DNA of 64,000 bases from an uncultured delta proteobacterium. Lineage in GTDB: Bacteria; Myxococcota; Kuafuiibacteriia; Kuafuiibacteriales; Kuafuiibacteriaceae. Position 1 is the first letter of the stretch, and every line of letters starts with the position of its first letter. The DNA is taken from positions 64,001 to 128,000 of the forward strand of contig CAWDML010000002.1 of assembly GCA_963803435.1 (NCBI GenBank), in the 5' to 3' direction. The notes under the pieces were generated by a model that did not search any database, had not been told where the DNA came from, and saw only the letters and a list, made by a program, of their open reading frames with translations. The position numbers were made by a program, and so were the translations under genes. This document shows positions 45,800 through 54,185 of the stretch, one piece after another.

Positions 45800-48090
45800 A
45801 GCGCTGCATCTGGACGAGCATTCTCCTGACGATGGCCGCGGGCTGCGCCAAGTCCGACGAGGCGGCTCCGGCGCCCACCATGGAGAAGGAGGCGGCGTAT
45901 CCGATGGACGGCGAGGAGGCCGGCGCCGCGGGTGCTGCTCCCTTCGAGCCGAAGCGCGATCGGGCGCCGATGGCGAAGAAGAGCGCGGCCCCCCGCGGGG
46001 CCATGGCGCTCGGGAGCCTGGCGGCGGATGAGCCGGCGGCCGATCCGGACGTCGCGGAGGGCGGCGGCGGAGAGGTCGCGCCGTCGCGCAGCTGGTTCCC
46101 CGAGACCTTCCTGTTCGAGCCGCTGGTGAAGACGAACGCCCAGGGCCAGGCGAAGGTCTCGGTGGAGGTGCCCGATCGGTTGACCTCTTGGAGGGTCCTC
46201 GCGCTGGCGCACTCGCGAGAGGGCGCGCAGGCGGGCGCAGTGACGACGTTCCTGGGAACGCTGCCCACTTATGTCGATCCGATCGTGCCGCCCTTCCTGG
46301 TCGCGGGCGATGTCGTCTCGATCCCGATCCAGGTGGTGAACACGACGGATCAGCCGGTGAACGTGACGCTGCGCCTCTCGGCCTCCGGAGCGGCCGTGTC
46401 CGAGGGCTCCGGCGACATCGCGCTGGCGGCGGAGGCGAGCCTGGTCCGCTATGCGGAGCTGCGCGCCAATGAGCCGGGCGTGGTGAAGCTGGTTGCGTCG
46501 CTCGGGAAGGAGGACGCCGTCGAGCGTACCATCCCGGTGCTGCCCACCGGACGGCCGCGCACGATCGAGAAGAGCGGCACGCTGGCGGCGCCTCGGTTGC
46601 TCTCGATCGCCATGCCCCGCGAGACGGATCCGCGGAGCGCGAAGGTCCGGCTCACCGTGTTTCCGGGCGCGCTGGCGATCCTGCGCTCGGAGCTGGATGC
46701 CGGTCTCAATCGCGGGGGGATCGCCGATGACGCGTACCTCCTGCTCCTGGCCGGGCGCGCCAAGGGGCTGCTCGAGAGGTTGGGCGGGACGGCCGACGAG
46801 GCCTGGCTGCGGAAGCTGCGGATCATCGCGACCCAGCGCGCGATCCGATATGCGCGGGCGCCGGATCCGGCGACGGCCGCGCTCTTGACCGAGGCCGCGC
46901 TGGCGCACCCCGAGTCGCCCGTGCTCTCCCGGCTCGGCGAACGGCTCGCAGCGCAGCTGGCGAGTTGGCAGCGACCCGACGGCACGTTCCAGGGGAGCAA
47001 CGGCTGGACGCTCCAGCGCTTGCTGGTGACCACGGCCGACTCGGTCCGCGCGGTGCGGGCGGCGAACGCCGAGGAGAGCGGCAAGCGGCGCGCCCAGTCG
47101 GTGGCGCTGCGTGCAAACGGGGCGTTCGAGCGCAACCTCAGGCGCATCGAGGATCCGTATACGGCAGCGGCGGTGCTGGCGTCGGGCGCGGCCGATGCGT
47201 CGATGTCCGCGATGCTGATCGAGCGCGTGACCAAGGCGCTGGTGACGAGGGACGACGGCTCGCGCGTGCTGCCGGTGCCGGCCTCGGTGCTGCGGCCGGA
47301 TGGGGCCGTCCCGAGCGAGGTCGAGGCCACCGCGCTGGCGGCGTTGGCGCTCGCCGATGATCCCGACTCGAAGTCCGTGCTTCCCGATCTGGGGTCGAGC
47401 ATCCTCTCGGCCTATCGACCGTCGGTCGGCTTCGGCGACGGGTACACCAACCTGATCGCGCTGCGCGCGGTACTCGAGATCTTCGACCAACCTCTGCCGG
47501 AGAAGGTGAACGTCGATCTCTCGATCGACGGGAGGAGCGTCGCGTCCGGCGAGCTCTCCGGCGATCGGCTCAAGGACGTGCTCACGCTGAACGCGCCGGT
47601 GTCGGCGCCGGCCGGCAAGCACACGGTGATCGTGAAGGCCAACCCGCCGGTGCCCGGTCTCGGCTTTGCGCTGGTGATCTCGTACTACCGCCCTTGGACG
47701 ATGGAGGCCCCCGCGGAGGGGATCGAGCTGACCGTCGACCTGTCGAAGGACGCGAGCGTGGGACGGCCCGTCGACGTGACGCTGACGGCGGTGGCGCCGG
47801 CGAGCATGTCGCTGTCGATCAAGCATGCGCTCCCCGCGGGGATGCAGGTCGATCGACCGAGCCTCGACGCGCTGGTGGCGAACGGCGTGATCCAACGGTA
47901 CCGGATCGAAGACGGGGCGGTGTCGATGGAGGCGCCCTCGCGCGCGCAGGGCCAGACGTTCTCGGCGCACTACCGCGTGATCCCGACCCTCGCGGGTACG
48001 CTCCACACCTCGGCCTCGACGATCGTCGCCTCGGGACGTCCGGAATCGCCGTACTTCGTTCCGCCCTCCACCTGGCAAGTGAAGCGCTAG
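45796..48090 (+). CDS. Alpha-2-macroglobulin-like lipoprotein, C-terminal half
   Basis: Lipobox AAGC, RSWFPETFLF, PDRLTSWRV and QRPDGTF; no CxEQ. Confidence 0.85.
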   Translation: MKRCIWTSILLTMAAGCAKSDEAAPAPTMEKEAAYPMDGEEAGAAGAAPFEPKRDRAPMAKKSAAPRGAMALGSLAADEPAADPDVAEGGGGEVAPSRSWFPETFLFEPLVKTNAQGQAKVSVEVPDRLTSWRVLALAHSREGAQAGAVTTFLGTLPTYVDPIVPPFLVAGDVVSIPIQVVNTTDQPVNVTLRLSASGAAVSEGSGDIALAAEASLVRYAELRANEPGVVKLVASLGKEDAVERTIPVLPTGRPRTIEKSGTLAAPRLLSIAMPRETDPRSAKVRLTVFPGALAILRSELDAGLNRGGIADDAYLLLLAGRAKGLLERLGGTADEAWLRKLRIIATQRAIRYARAPDPATAALLTEAALAHPESPVLSRLGERLAAQLASWQRPDGTFQGSNGWTLQRLLVTTADSVRAVRAANAEESGKRRAQSVALRANGAFERNLRRIEDPYTAAAVLASGAADASMSAMLIERVTKALVTRDDGSRVLPVPASVLRPDGAVPSEVEATALAALALADDPDSKSVLPDLGSSILSAYRPSVGFGDGYTNLIALRAVLEIFDQPLPEKVNVDLSIDGRSVASGELSGDRLKDVLTLNAPVSAPAGKHTVIVKANPPVPGLGFALVISYYRPWTMEAPAEGIELTVDLSKDASVGRPVDVTLTAVAPASMSLSIKHALPAGMQVDRPSLDALVANGVIQRYRIEDGAVSMEAPSRAQGQTFSAHYRVIPTLAGTLHTSASTIVASGRPESPYFVPPSTWQVKR

Positions 48091-48155
48091 GAGCGTGTAG
48101 CGCGTAGCGCTACCGCGAGCCCGGTCCGGGTCCCGGTCCCGGTCCCGGTCCCGAT
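48087..48155 (+). repeat. Element arm copy 4
   Basis: CTAGGAGCGTGTAGCGCGTAGCGCTACCGCG plus hexamers; its TAG is the stop of the A2M gene. Confidence 0.92.
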
Positions 48156-48160
48156 GGCGA

Positions 48161-48362
48161 TCATGCAGCCGCACGATCACCGTCTCCTGCGCGGCGTGCG
48201 TTCATCGACTTGATGTGGCGCGTGAGCATCTCGACAACGCGCTTGAGCTTGGCTCTGGCGGCTTGGACCTTCTGCTCGTTGGCGAGTCGGCGCCTCAAGC
48301 AGGTGTGGAGTGAGGCGGCGCTTTCGGTGCCAGAGCGAAGTGCCATCCGGTAGAAGCGAGCC
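48161..48362 (-). pseudogene. C-terminal fragment of a four-helix-bundle protein
   Basis: Near-identical to 10803-10983 with 21 extra nt at 48171-48191. Confidence 0.85.
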
Positions 48363-48471
48363 TAAGAGGCGTGAAGGGCTGACGCGCTGACACGTTGTCA
48401 ATGAGGGGCTGACATCGTGTCCGGCGACGCCGCCGCGCCGCTGCGAGCGCGCGCTGGCACGGGCGCTGCTC

Positions 48472-49275
48472 GTGCGACGGTCCATGCTCGATCGCGCGCT
48501 CATCATCTTCACGCTCTTCGCAGCGGCCTTTCTGACCAGCCGCGTGATCAACACGATGATCGAAGACGAGCTGTCCGTTCCGCTGAGGCTGCCCGTGGTC
48601 GCGCCCGCGGTCGCCGATCCGCCGCCGGTGGTCCCCATCTCGGCGTTCCTCGAGCGGGACCTGTTCGGGACGGCGCGGCCGGCGCCCCCCGAGCCGGCCG
48701 ACTGCAAGCGCACGGCCCTGCGCGCCCGGCTGGTCGCCACGGTCATCGGCGAGGAGGGGGGCGTGGCGTGGTTCGATCAGGGGACGGAGGTGCTCGAGCC
48801 GATCCGCGTGGGCGATCGGATCGACGGCTCCGAGGTCCTCGCGATCGGGCGCGGTGCGGTCCGCGTCGCGCGCGAGGGTGCCTGCGGTGAGGTCGTGCTC
48901 GACGAGGTGCGCCTGCCGCAGGTCCACGAAGACGAGTCGCCGCCGAAGCTCGTCGAGCGAATCACGACGGACGAGGTCCGGATCCACCGGAGCGATCTGG
49001 AAACGGCTCTGGCCGATCCGATGCGCTTCGCCCGCGACTGCCGGATCGTCCCCAAGCCGAGCGCGCGCGGCTTTGCTCTCTTCGCGATCCGTCCCGGCGG
49101 AGTGGCCGACGAGCTCGGCTTCGTGTCGGGCGACGTGATCGAGCGGATCGACGGCTACCAGCTCGACGAGCCCAAAGGGATGTTCGGGATGGGCGAGCTG
49201 CTCCGCCGGCCCGAGCTCACGATCGACTACACGCGCGCGGGGCAGCGGCGAACGCTCACGGTTCAGATCGAGTGA
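48472..49275 (+). CDS. Type II secretion GspC-like protein with a PDZ domain (orphan)
   Basis: N-terminal TM, RLVATV and RVGDRIDG, PDZ-like LGFVSGDVIERIDG. Confidence 0.75.
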   Translation: MRRSMLDRALIIFTLFAAAFLTSRVINTMIEDELSVPLRLPVVAPAVADPPPVVPISAFLERDLFGTARPAPPEPADCKRTALRARLVATVIGEEGGVAWFDQGTEVLEPIRVGDRIDGSEVLAIGRGAVRVAREGACGEVVLDEVRLPQVHEDESPPKLVERITTDEVRIHRSDLETALADPMRFARDCRIVPKPSARGFALFAIRPGGVADELGFVSGDVIERIDGYQLDEPKGMFGMGELLRRPELTIDYTRAGQRRTLTVQIE

Positions 49276-49285
49276 ACGGGGCCCG

Positions 49286-51001
49286 TCAACCCCAGGGGGA
49301 GAGGCGGACGTCGCCCGGGAGATCCTCCCACGCATCGTTGATCCAGCGCTTCTCCAGGACCAGCCGTCCCTCCCGGCGCGTCACGAAGATGTTCGTGAGC
49401 CAGTCGCGATCGTTCCGCTCGGGGTGGTCGCTCCGGTAGTGCGAGCCGCGGCTCTCGGTCCGTAGGTCGGCGGCCTAGATGATCACCTCGGCGACGTCGA
49501 GCAGGTTCTGATGCTCGATCGCCAGCACCAGGTCGAACGGCTCCGCCAGCGCGAGCGTCTGGAGCCGGTCTCGCTGCTCCTCCACGTACCTCCGGGCCGA
49601 GGCGAGCATCGCGGCGTCCTTCTCGACCAGCAGCTTCGCCCACATGGCGCGCTGGAGGCGGTCCTTGAGCTGGCGGATGTCGTGACCGCCGGCGCGGGCG
49701 CGCTCGCGGATCCGTCGCGTGGGCTCGACGACCATGGCCTCGAGGACGTCGTCGGGAACCCGGCGGAGCTCGCCCTGCTTGGCGACCTCGGCGGCGGCGC
49801 GGCCGGCGCGCCAGCCGAAGACCTGCGAGCCGCCGAGCATGGTGCCGCCGACCCGGTCGGCGCCCTGCCAGCCGGCGGTCTCGCCGCACGCGAAGAGGCC
49901 CTCGATCTTGGTGCGGGTGTTCTCGTCGATCCGGACGCCGCCGTTGCTGGTGTGGTGGTGGATCTGCACCTGCAGGAGATCCTGCTTCACGTCGATGCCG
50001 ACCTTGGTCATGTACTCGGTGAAGACCTCGGGTTGGAAGCCGCGCTCAGCGCTCGAGAGATCGAGGTAGACGCCGTCGTGGTCGGTGGCGCGGCCGTCGA
50101 GGGCCATGGCATGGATGGCGCGGTCGAGGTGGATGGCGTCGTCGCGGCAGGTGACGGGCCAGTGGACGGCCTTGAGGTTGGAGACCTGCTTGAGTGTGAC
50201 GCCGTCGGGGAGGAACTCGCGGACGAACGCCTTACCGTTGCGATCGTAGATGCGGTAGGGCTCCTGCATCTCGTACAGCATCACCATGGCCTGGGTCGGC
50301 CAGGTGGTGGCGAGGCCCTGCTGCATGAACTCCATGTTGAAGAGCTCGGCGCCGGCGCGCAGCGCCATCACGTAGCCGTCGCCGGTGTTGCCGGGAGGGT
50401 TGAAGCTGTAGCGGAAGAGCTGGCCGACGCCGCCGGTGGCGAGGACGACGGCGGGGGCCCAGATCACGAAGGGCTCCGCGCGATCGTCGATCCCGACCGC
50501 GCCGAGGACGCGGCCGCTCTCGACGATCAGATCGGTGAGGTTGGCGTCCTCGACGACGGTGGTGTTGGTCGCGGCGATGACGGCCTTCTGCATCTGGACG
50601 ATGTTGTTGGTGCCCTTCGACGCGTCGGTCGCGGGCATCGTCGCCAGCATCTTGCTCTGGAACCGCATGCCCATGGTGCGCAGGCGCTTGATCGCCTCGG
50701 TCACCTCGTCGACGAAGATGCGGCAGAGCTGCGGGTCCGCCATGCCGAGCCCGAGCTGCACCATGTCGCGGTGGATCGAGTCGGGCGGGTTGAACAGGCC
50801 GCCCTTGGGACCGACGGTGCGGATGGTCCAGAAGTCGGCGAGCGGATTCGAGGTGGCACCGGCGCCGCGCTTGCCGGGCACGCCGAAGCGGCCCTTCACC
50901 GCGAGCATCGTCTTGGCGCCGAGCTCGTGCGCGCTGATCGCGGAGGCGGTCGCCGCACCGCCGCCGCCCACCATCAAGACCTCGGTCTCGTAGCTCTTCA
51001 T
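49286..51001 (-). CDS. Succinate dehydrogenase/fumarate reductase/L-aspartate oxidase-family flavoprotein (in-frame TAG at 49475-49477)
   Basis: VGGGGA, LATGG, NTGDG, GLFACGE and GADRVGG; conserved RTESRGSHYRSDHP continues after the TAG. Confidence 0.85.
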
Positions 51002-51025
51002 CTCATTCGATGCTACTCGAATACC

Positions 51026-51808
51026 GTGCAGATCTCTCTCGAGGGTCAGGTCGTGATCGTGACCGGGGCCGGTCGGGGCATCGGACGCAAGATCGCCGAG
51101 ATGGCCGCAGATGCCGGCGCTAGCGTGGTTCTGGCGGCGCGCACCGAGGCGCAGCTTTCCGCCGTCGTGGAGGCGATCGAGGCGCGGGGCGGTCGTGCGA
51201 TCGCCGTGCCGGGGGACGTCACGCAGGCCGAAGCGGTCGACGCGCTCGTCGGGAAGACCCGTGAGGCGTACGGCCGCGTCGACGTGCTCGTGAACAACGC
51301 CGGCATGAACTACATCGCGAACCTGGTGATGTCGAAAGAGGAGCAGTGGCGCGCGGTCTTCGAGGTCAATCTCTTCTCGGTGTACCGCCTCACGCGTGCG
51401 GTGCTTCGCGACATGATCAAGCAAAAGTACGGGCGCATCATCAACATCTCCTCGGTGGCCGGGAAGGTCGGCGCCCCTTACAACAGCTCGTATGCCGCGT
51501 CGAAGGCCGCCGTGGACGGCTTCACGCGCAGCGTGGCCCTGGAGACCGCGAAGCTCGGCATCACCGTGAACGCGGTCTGTCCGTGGCACGTCGACACGGA
51601 GCTCCTGCAGTTCGGCATGGGCAAGCGCGGGCAGATGTTCGGCCAGAGCGCCGAGGCCTACATCGAGAAGATGGTGAAGGAGAGCCCGCAAGAGCGGTTG
51701 GTCACCGTCGAAGAGGTGGCGTCCACCGTGATCTTCTTGATGTCGAGATCGGCCGCGGGGATCACCGGGCAGTCGATCAACGTGTCCGGTGGTACCGTCA
51801 TGTCATGA
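51026..51808 (+). CDS. Short-chain dehydrogenase/reductase
   Basis: TGAGRGIG, NNAG and YAASK. Confidence 0.93.
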   Translation: MQISLEGQVVIVTGAGRGIGRKIAEMAADAGASVVLAARTEAQLSAVVEAIEARGGRAIAVPGDVTQAEAVDALVGKTREAYGRVDVLVNNAGMNYIANLVMSKEEQWRAVFEVNLFSVYRLTRAVLRDMIKQKYGRIINISSVAGKVGAPYNSSYAASKAAVDGFTRSVALETAKLGITVNAVCPWHVDTELLQFGMGKRGQMFGQSAEAYIEKMVKESPQERLVTVEEVASTVIFLMSRSAAGITGQSINVSGGTVMS

Positions 51809-52608
51809 GCTCTGCGCTCGACTCGGTGCCGGCGGCGGACGGCTATCCGCTGCGCCACCGGGTCTGGGCGCCGGGCTCGACCTCGCGGGCCACCGTGATC
51901 GCGTGGAGCGGCGTGATGAGCCACTCCGCGTGGCTCGCGCCGATCGCCGAGCTGCTGGCGGGACGCGGCTTCACGTTCGTCGGCGCCGATCGGCGCGGGA
52001 GCGGGCCCAATCGCGAGGCGCTGGGAGACGCGCCCTCCGCCGAGCTCTTGATCGATGACGCGCTGCGGATCGCTGGACGCCACCCCGATCCGAGGCGGTT
52101 TCTCCTGGGCTGGTGCTGGGGCGCCTCGCTGGCGCTCAACGCGACGCCGAAGATCGAAGGCGCGCGCGGGCTGATCCTGATCGCGCCCGGGCTCTGGCCG
52201 ACCGGCGCGGTGGAGGCCGCCGCCCGCGCCGCCGATCAGGCGGCCGCGGGTGCGCCCGAGGACCAGCCGGTGGTCGCCACGCCGATCGCCGAGGAGATGT
52301 TCACGCGCGGCCCGGCGCTCGACGCCTTCGTCCGCGCCGACCCGCTCCGCCTCCTCACGGTGACGCCGCGCTTTCGCAAGGTGATGGGTCGGCTCGCGAT
52401 CACCGCGGCGGTCGCGCTGCGAAGGTGCGAGGTGCCGGTGCTCGCGATCCTCGCGGACGGCGACGAGGCCACCGACTCGGACGCGGCCGAGCGAGCGCTC
52501 TCCTCCCGCGCGACGGTGGTCAGGATCCCGGGGCCGCACGGGTTGATGTTCGAGCGCGCGGACGAGCTGGCGGGCGCGATCGCCGCCTTCATCGAGGAGC
52601 GTCTCTGA
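51805..52608 (+). CDS. Alpha/beta hydrolase (lysophospholipase-like) with a Cys nucleophile
   Basis: DRRGSG, GWCWG elbow and C-terminal His (GPHG). Confidence 0.85.
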   Translation: MSSALDSVPAADGYPLRHRVWAPGSTSRATVIAWSGVMSHSAWLAPIAELLAGRGFTFVGADRRGSGPNREALGDAPSAELLIDDALRIAGRHPDPRRFLLGWCWGASLALNATPKIEGARGLILIAPGLWPTGAVEAAARAADQAAAGAPEDQPVVATPIAEEMFTRGPALDAFVRADPLRLLTVTPRFRKVMGRLAITAAVALRRCEVPVLAILADGDEATDSDAAERALSSRATVVRIPGPHGLMFERADELAGAIAAFIEERL

Positions 52609-54185
52609 TGTTCGCGGACCGCGCCGCCGACACCTTCCTCGACGAGCTCGACCGGCCGGAGGAGGTCCAGAACCGTTATCTCCTCGATCGCGTCATCAGA
52701 CCGAACGAAGAGAGCGAGTTCGGGCGCCGCCACCGCTTCGCGCGCATCCGCACCATCGCGGACTACCGGCGCGCCGTCCCGATCCGCGACTACGAGAGTT
52801 TTCGCGCCGACGTCGATCGGCTGGTCGCCGGCGAGCAGGGCGTGCTCACCGCCGATCCCGTGAAGCGCTTCTTCCTGACCTCCGGTTCGACCTCGAAGCC
52901 CAAGCACGTCCCGGTGACCCAGGCGCTGATCCGGGACAAGTCGAGGGCCTTCGGCATCTACTGGAGCCTGGTCTTCCGCGATCACCCCCGCGTCAAGAGC
53001 GGTCGCCTGGTCACCAACTTCTCCGACTCGGGCCGCCCCACCCGCAGCGAGGGCGGCCTCCCCGCCGGGTCGGAGAGCGCGTTCTGGGCCGAGGCGACCC
53101 GCGCGACGCAGCGGCAGGAGCCCCTGATCCCGAAGGAGGTGGCGCGGATCGCGGATCCCGACGAGCGGTACCTCGCGATAGCGCGCGCGCTGATCGGCGA
53201 GCAGTTCGCCGGGATCATGGCGCTGAACCCGAGCACGATCCTGGCGCTGTTCACGCGGCTGGACGCGCGCGCCCCCGAGCTGATCGCAGAGCTCGCGCGG
53301 ACCGATCCCGCCCGCGCCGAGGTGATCGAGAGGATCTTCCGCGGCGGGCTCCCCGTGGAGAAGAACCGCGTGTGGCCGGACCTCGAGCTCGTCATCTCCT
53401 GGCGCAGCCCCATGCTGGCGCCCTACCTGGCCCTGCTCGAGCAGCACTTGCCGGGTGTGCCGGGCCGCGACTACCTGATGATGGCCTCGGAGGGCGTGAT
53501 GGCCGTACCGCTCCACGATCGGGAGAGCGGAGGCGCCGTCGCAGTCGGCGTTCACTTCTACGAGTTCATCCCGGCCGAGCAGCACGAGCGCGCCTCGCCC
53601 GACGTGCTCCTGCCGCACGAGCTCGAGGTGGGCCGGGAGTACGTGGTGGTGCTGACCAACCCGGCCGGCCTCTATCGTTACGACATCGGCGATGTGGTGC
53701 GCGTGGTGCGCTTCGCCGGTGCGACACCCGTGATCGAGTTTCTTCACCGCGCCGGCCGGACCTGCTCGTTCACCGGAGAGAAGCTCACCGAGGCGCAGGT
53801 GACCGCGGCGGCCGCCGAAGCCGCGCTGGCCGTCGAGGTCTCGCTGACCGGCTTCACGTTGATCCCCGCGCTCGACGGCGGCCTACCGCACTATCGGTTG
53901 CTGGTGGAGGTGGACGACGGCGTCGATCGCATCGGTCTCGAGCGGCTCCTCGAGTCCTTCGAGGCTCGGCTCGGCGAGCACAACTCGGAGTATGCGGCCA
54001 AGCGCCGCTCCCTCCGGCTGGGCGCGCCAGAGCTGTGGCGCGTGGAGTCGGGCGACTACGAGCGATACCGGCGGGGCCGGGTAGAGGCTGGAGCCAGCGA
54101 GGATCAAATCAAGGACACTCATCTCACGCGGGAGGCCGCCTTCGCGGAGGCCTTCCGGGTCGTGGAGCGAATCGGTGCGGATTGA
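52608..54185 (+). CDS. GH3-family acyl-adenylate / acyl-acid amido synthetase
   Basis: TSGSTSKPKHVP, ASEG, FYEFIP, GLYRYDIGD and TGEKL. Confidence 0.92.
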   Translation: MFADRAADTFLDELDRPEEVQNRYLLDRVIRPNEESEFGRRHRFARIRTIADYRRAVPIRDYESFRADVDRLVAGEQGVLTADPVKRFFLTSGSTSKPKHVPVTQALIRDKSRAFGIYWSLVFRDHPRVKSGRLVTNFSDSGRPTRSEGGLPAGSESAFWAEATRATQRQEPLIPKEVARIADPDERYLAIARALIGEQFAGIMALNPSTILALFTRLDARAPELIAELARTDPARAEVIERIFRGGLPVEKNRVWPDLELVISWRSPMLAPYLALLEQHLPGVPGRDYLMMASEGVMAVPLHDRESGGAVAVGVHFYEFIPAEQHERASPDVLLPHELEVGREYVVVLTNPAGLYRYDIGDVVRVVRFAGATPVIEFLHRAGRTCSFTGEKLTEAQVTAAAAEAALAVEVSLTGFTLIPALDGGLPHYRLLVEVDDGVDRIGLERLLESFEARLGEHNSEYAAKRRSLRLGAPELWRVESGDYERYRRGRVEAGASEDQIKDTHLTREAAFAEAFRVVERIGAD

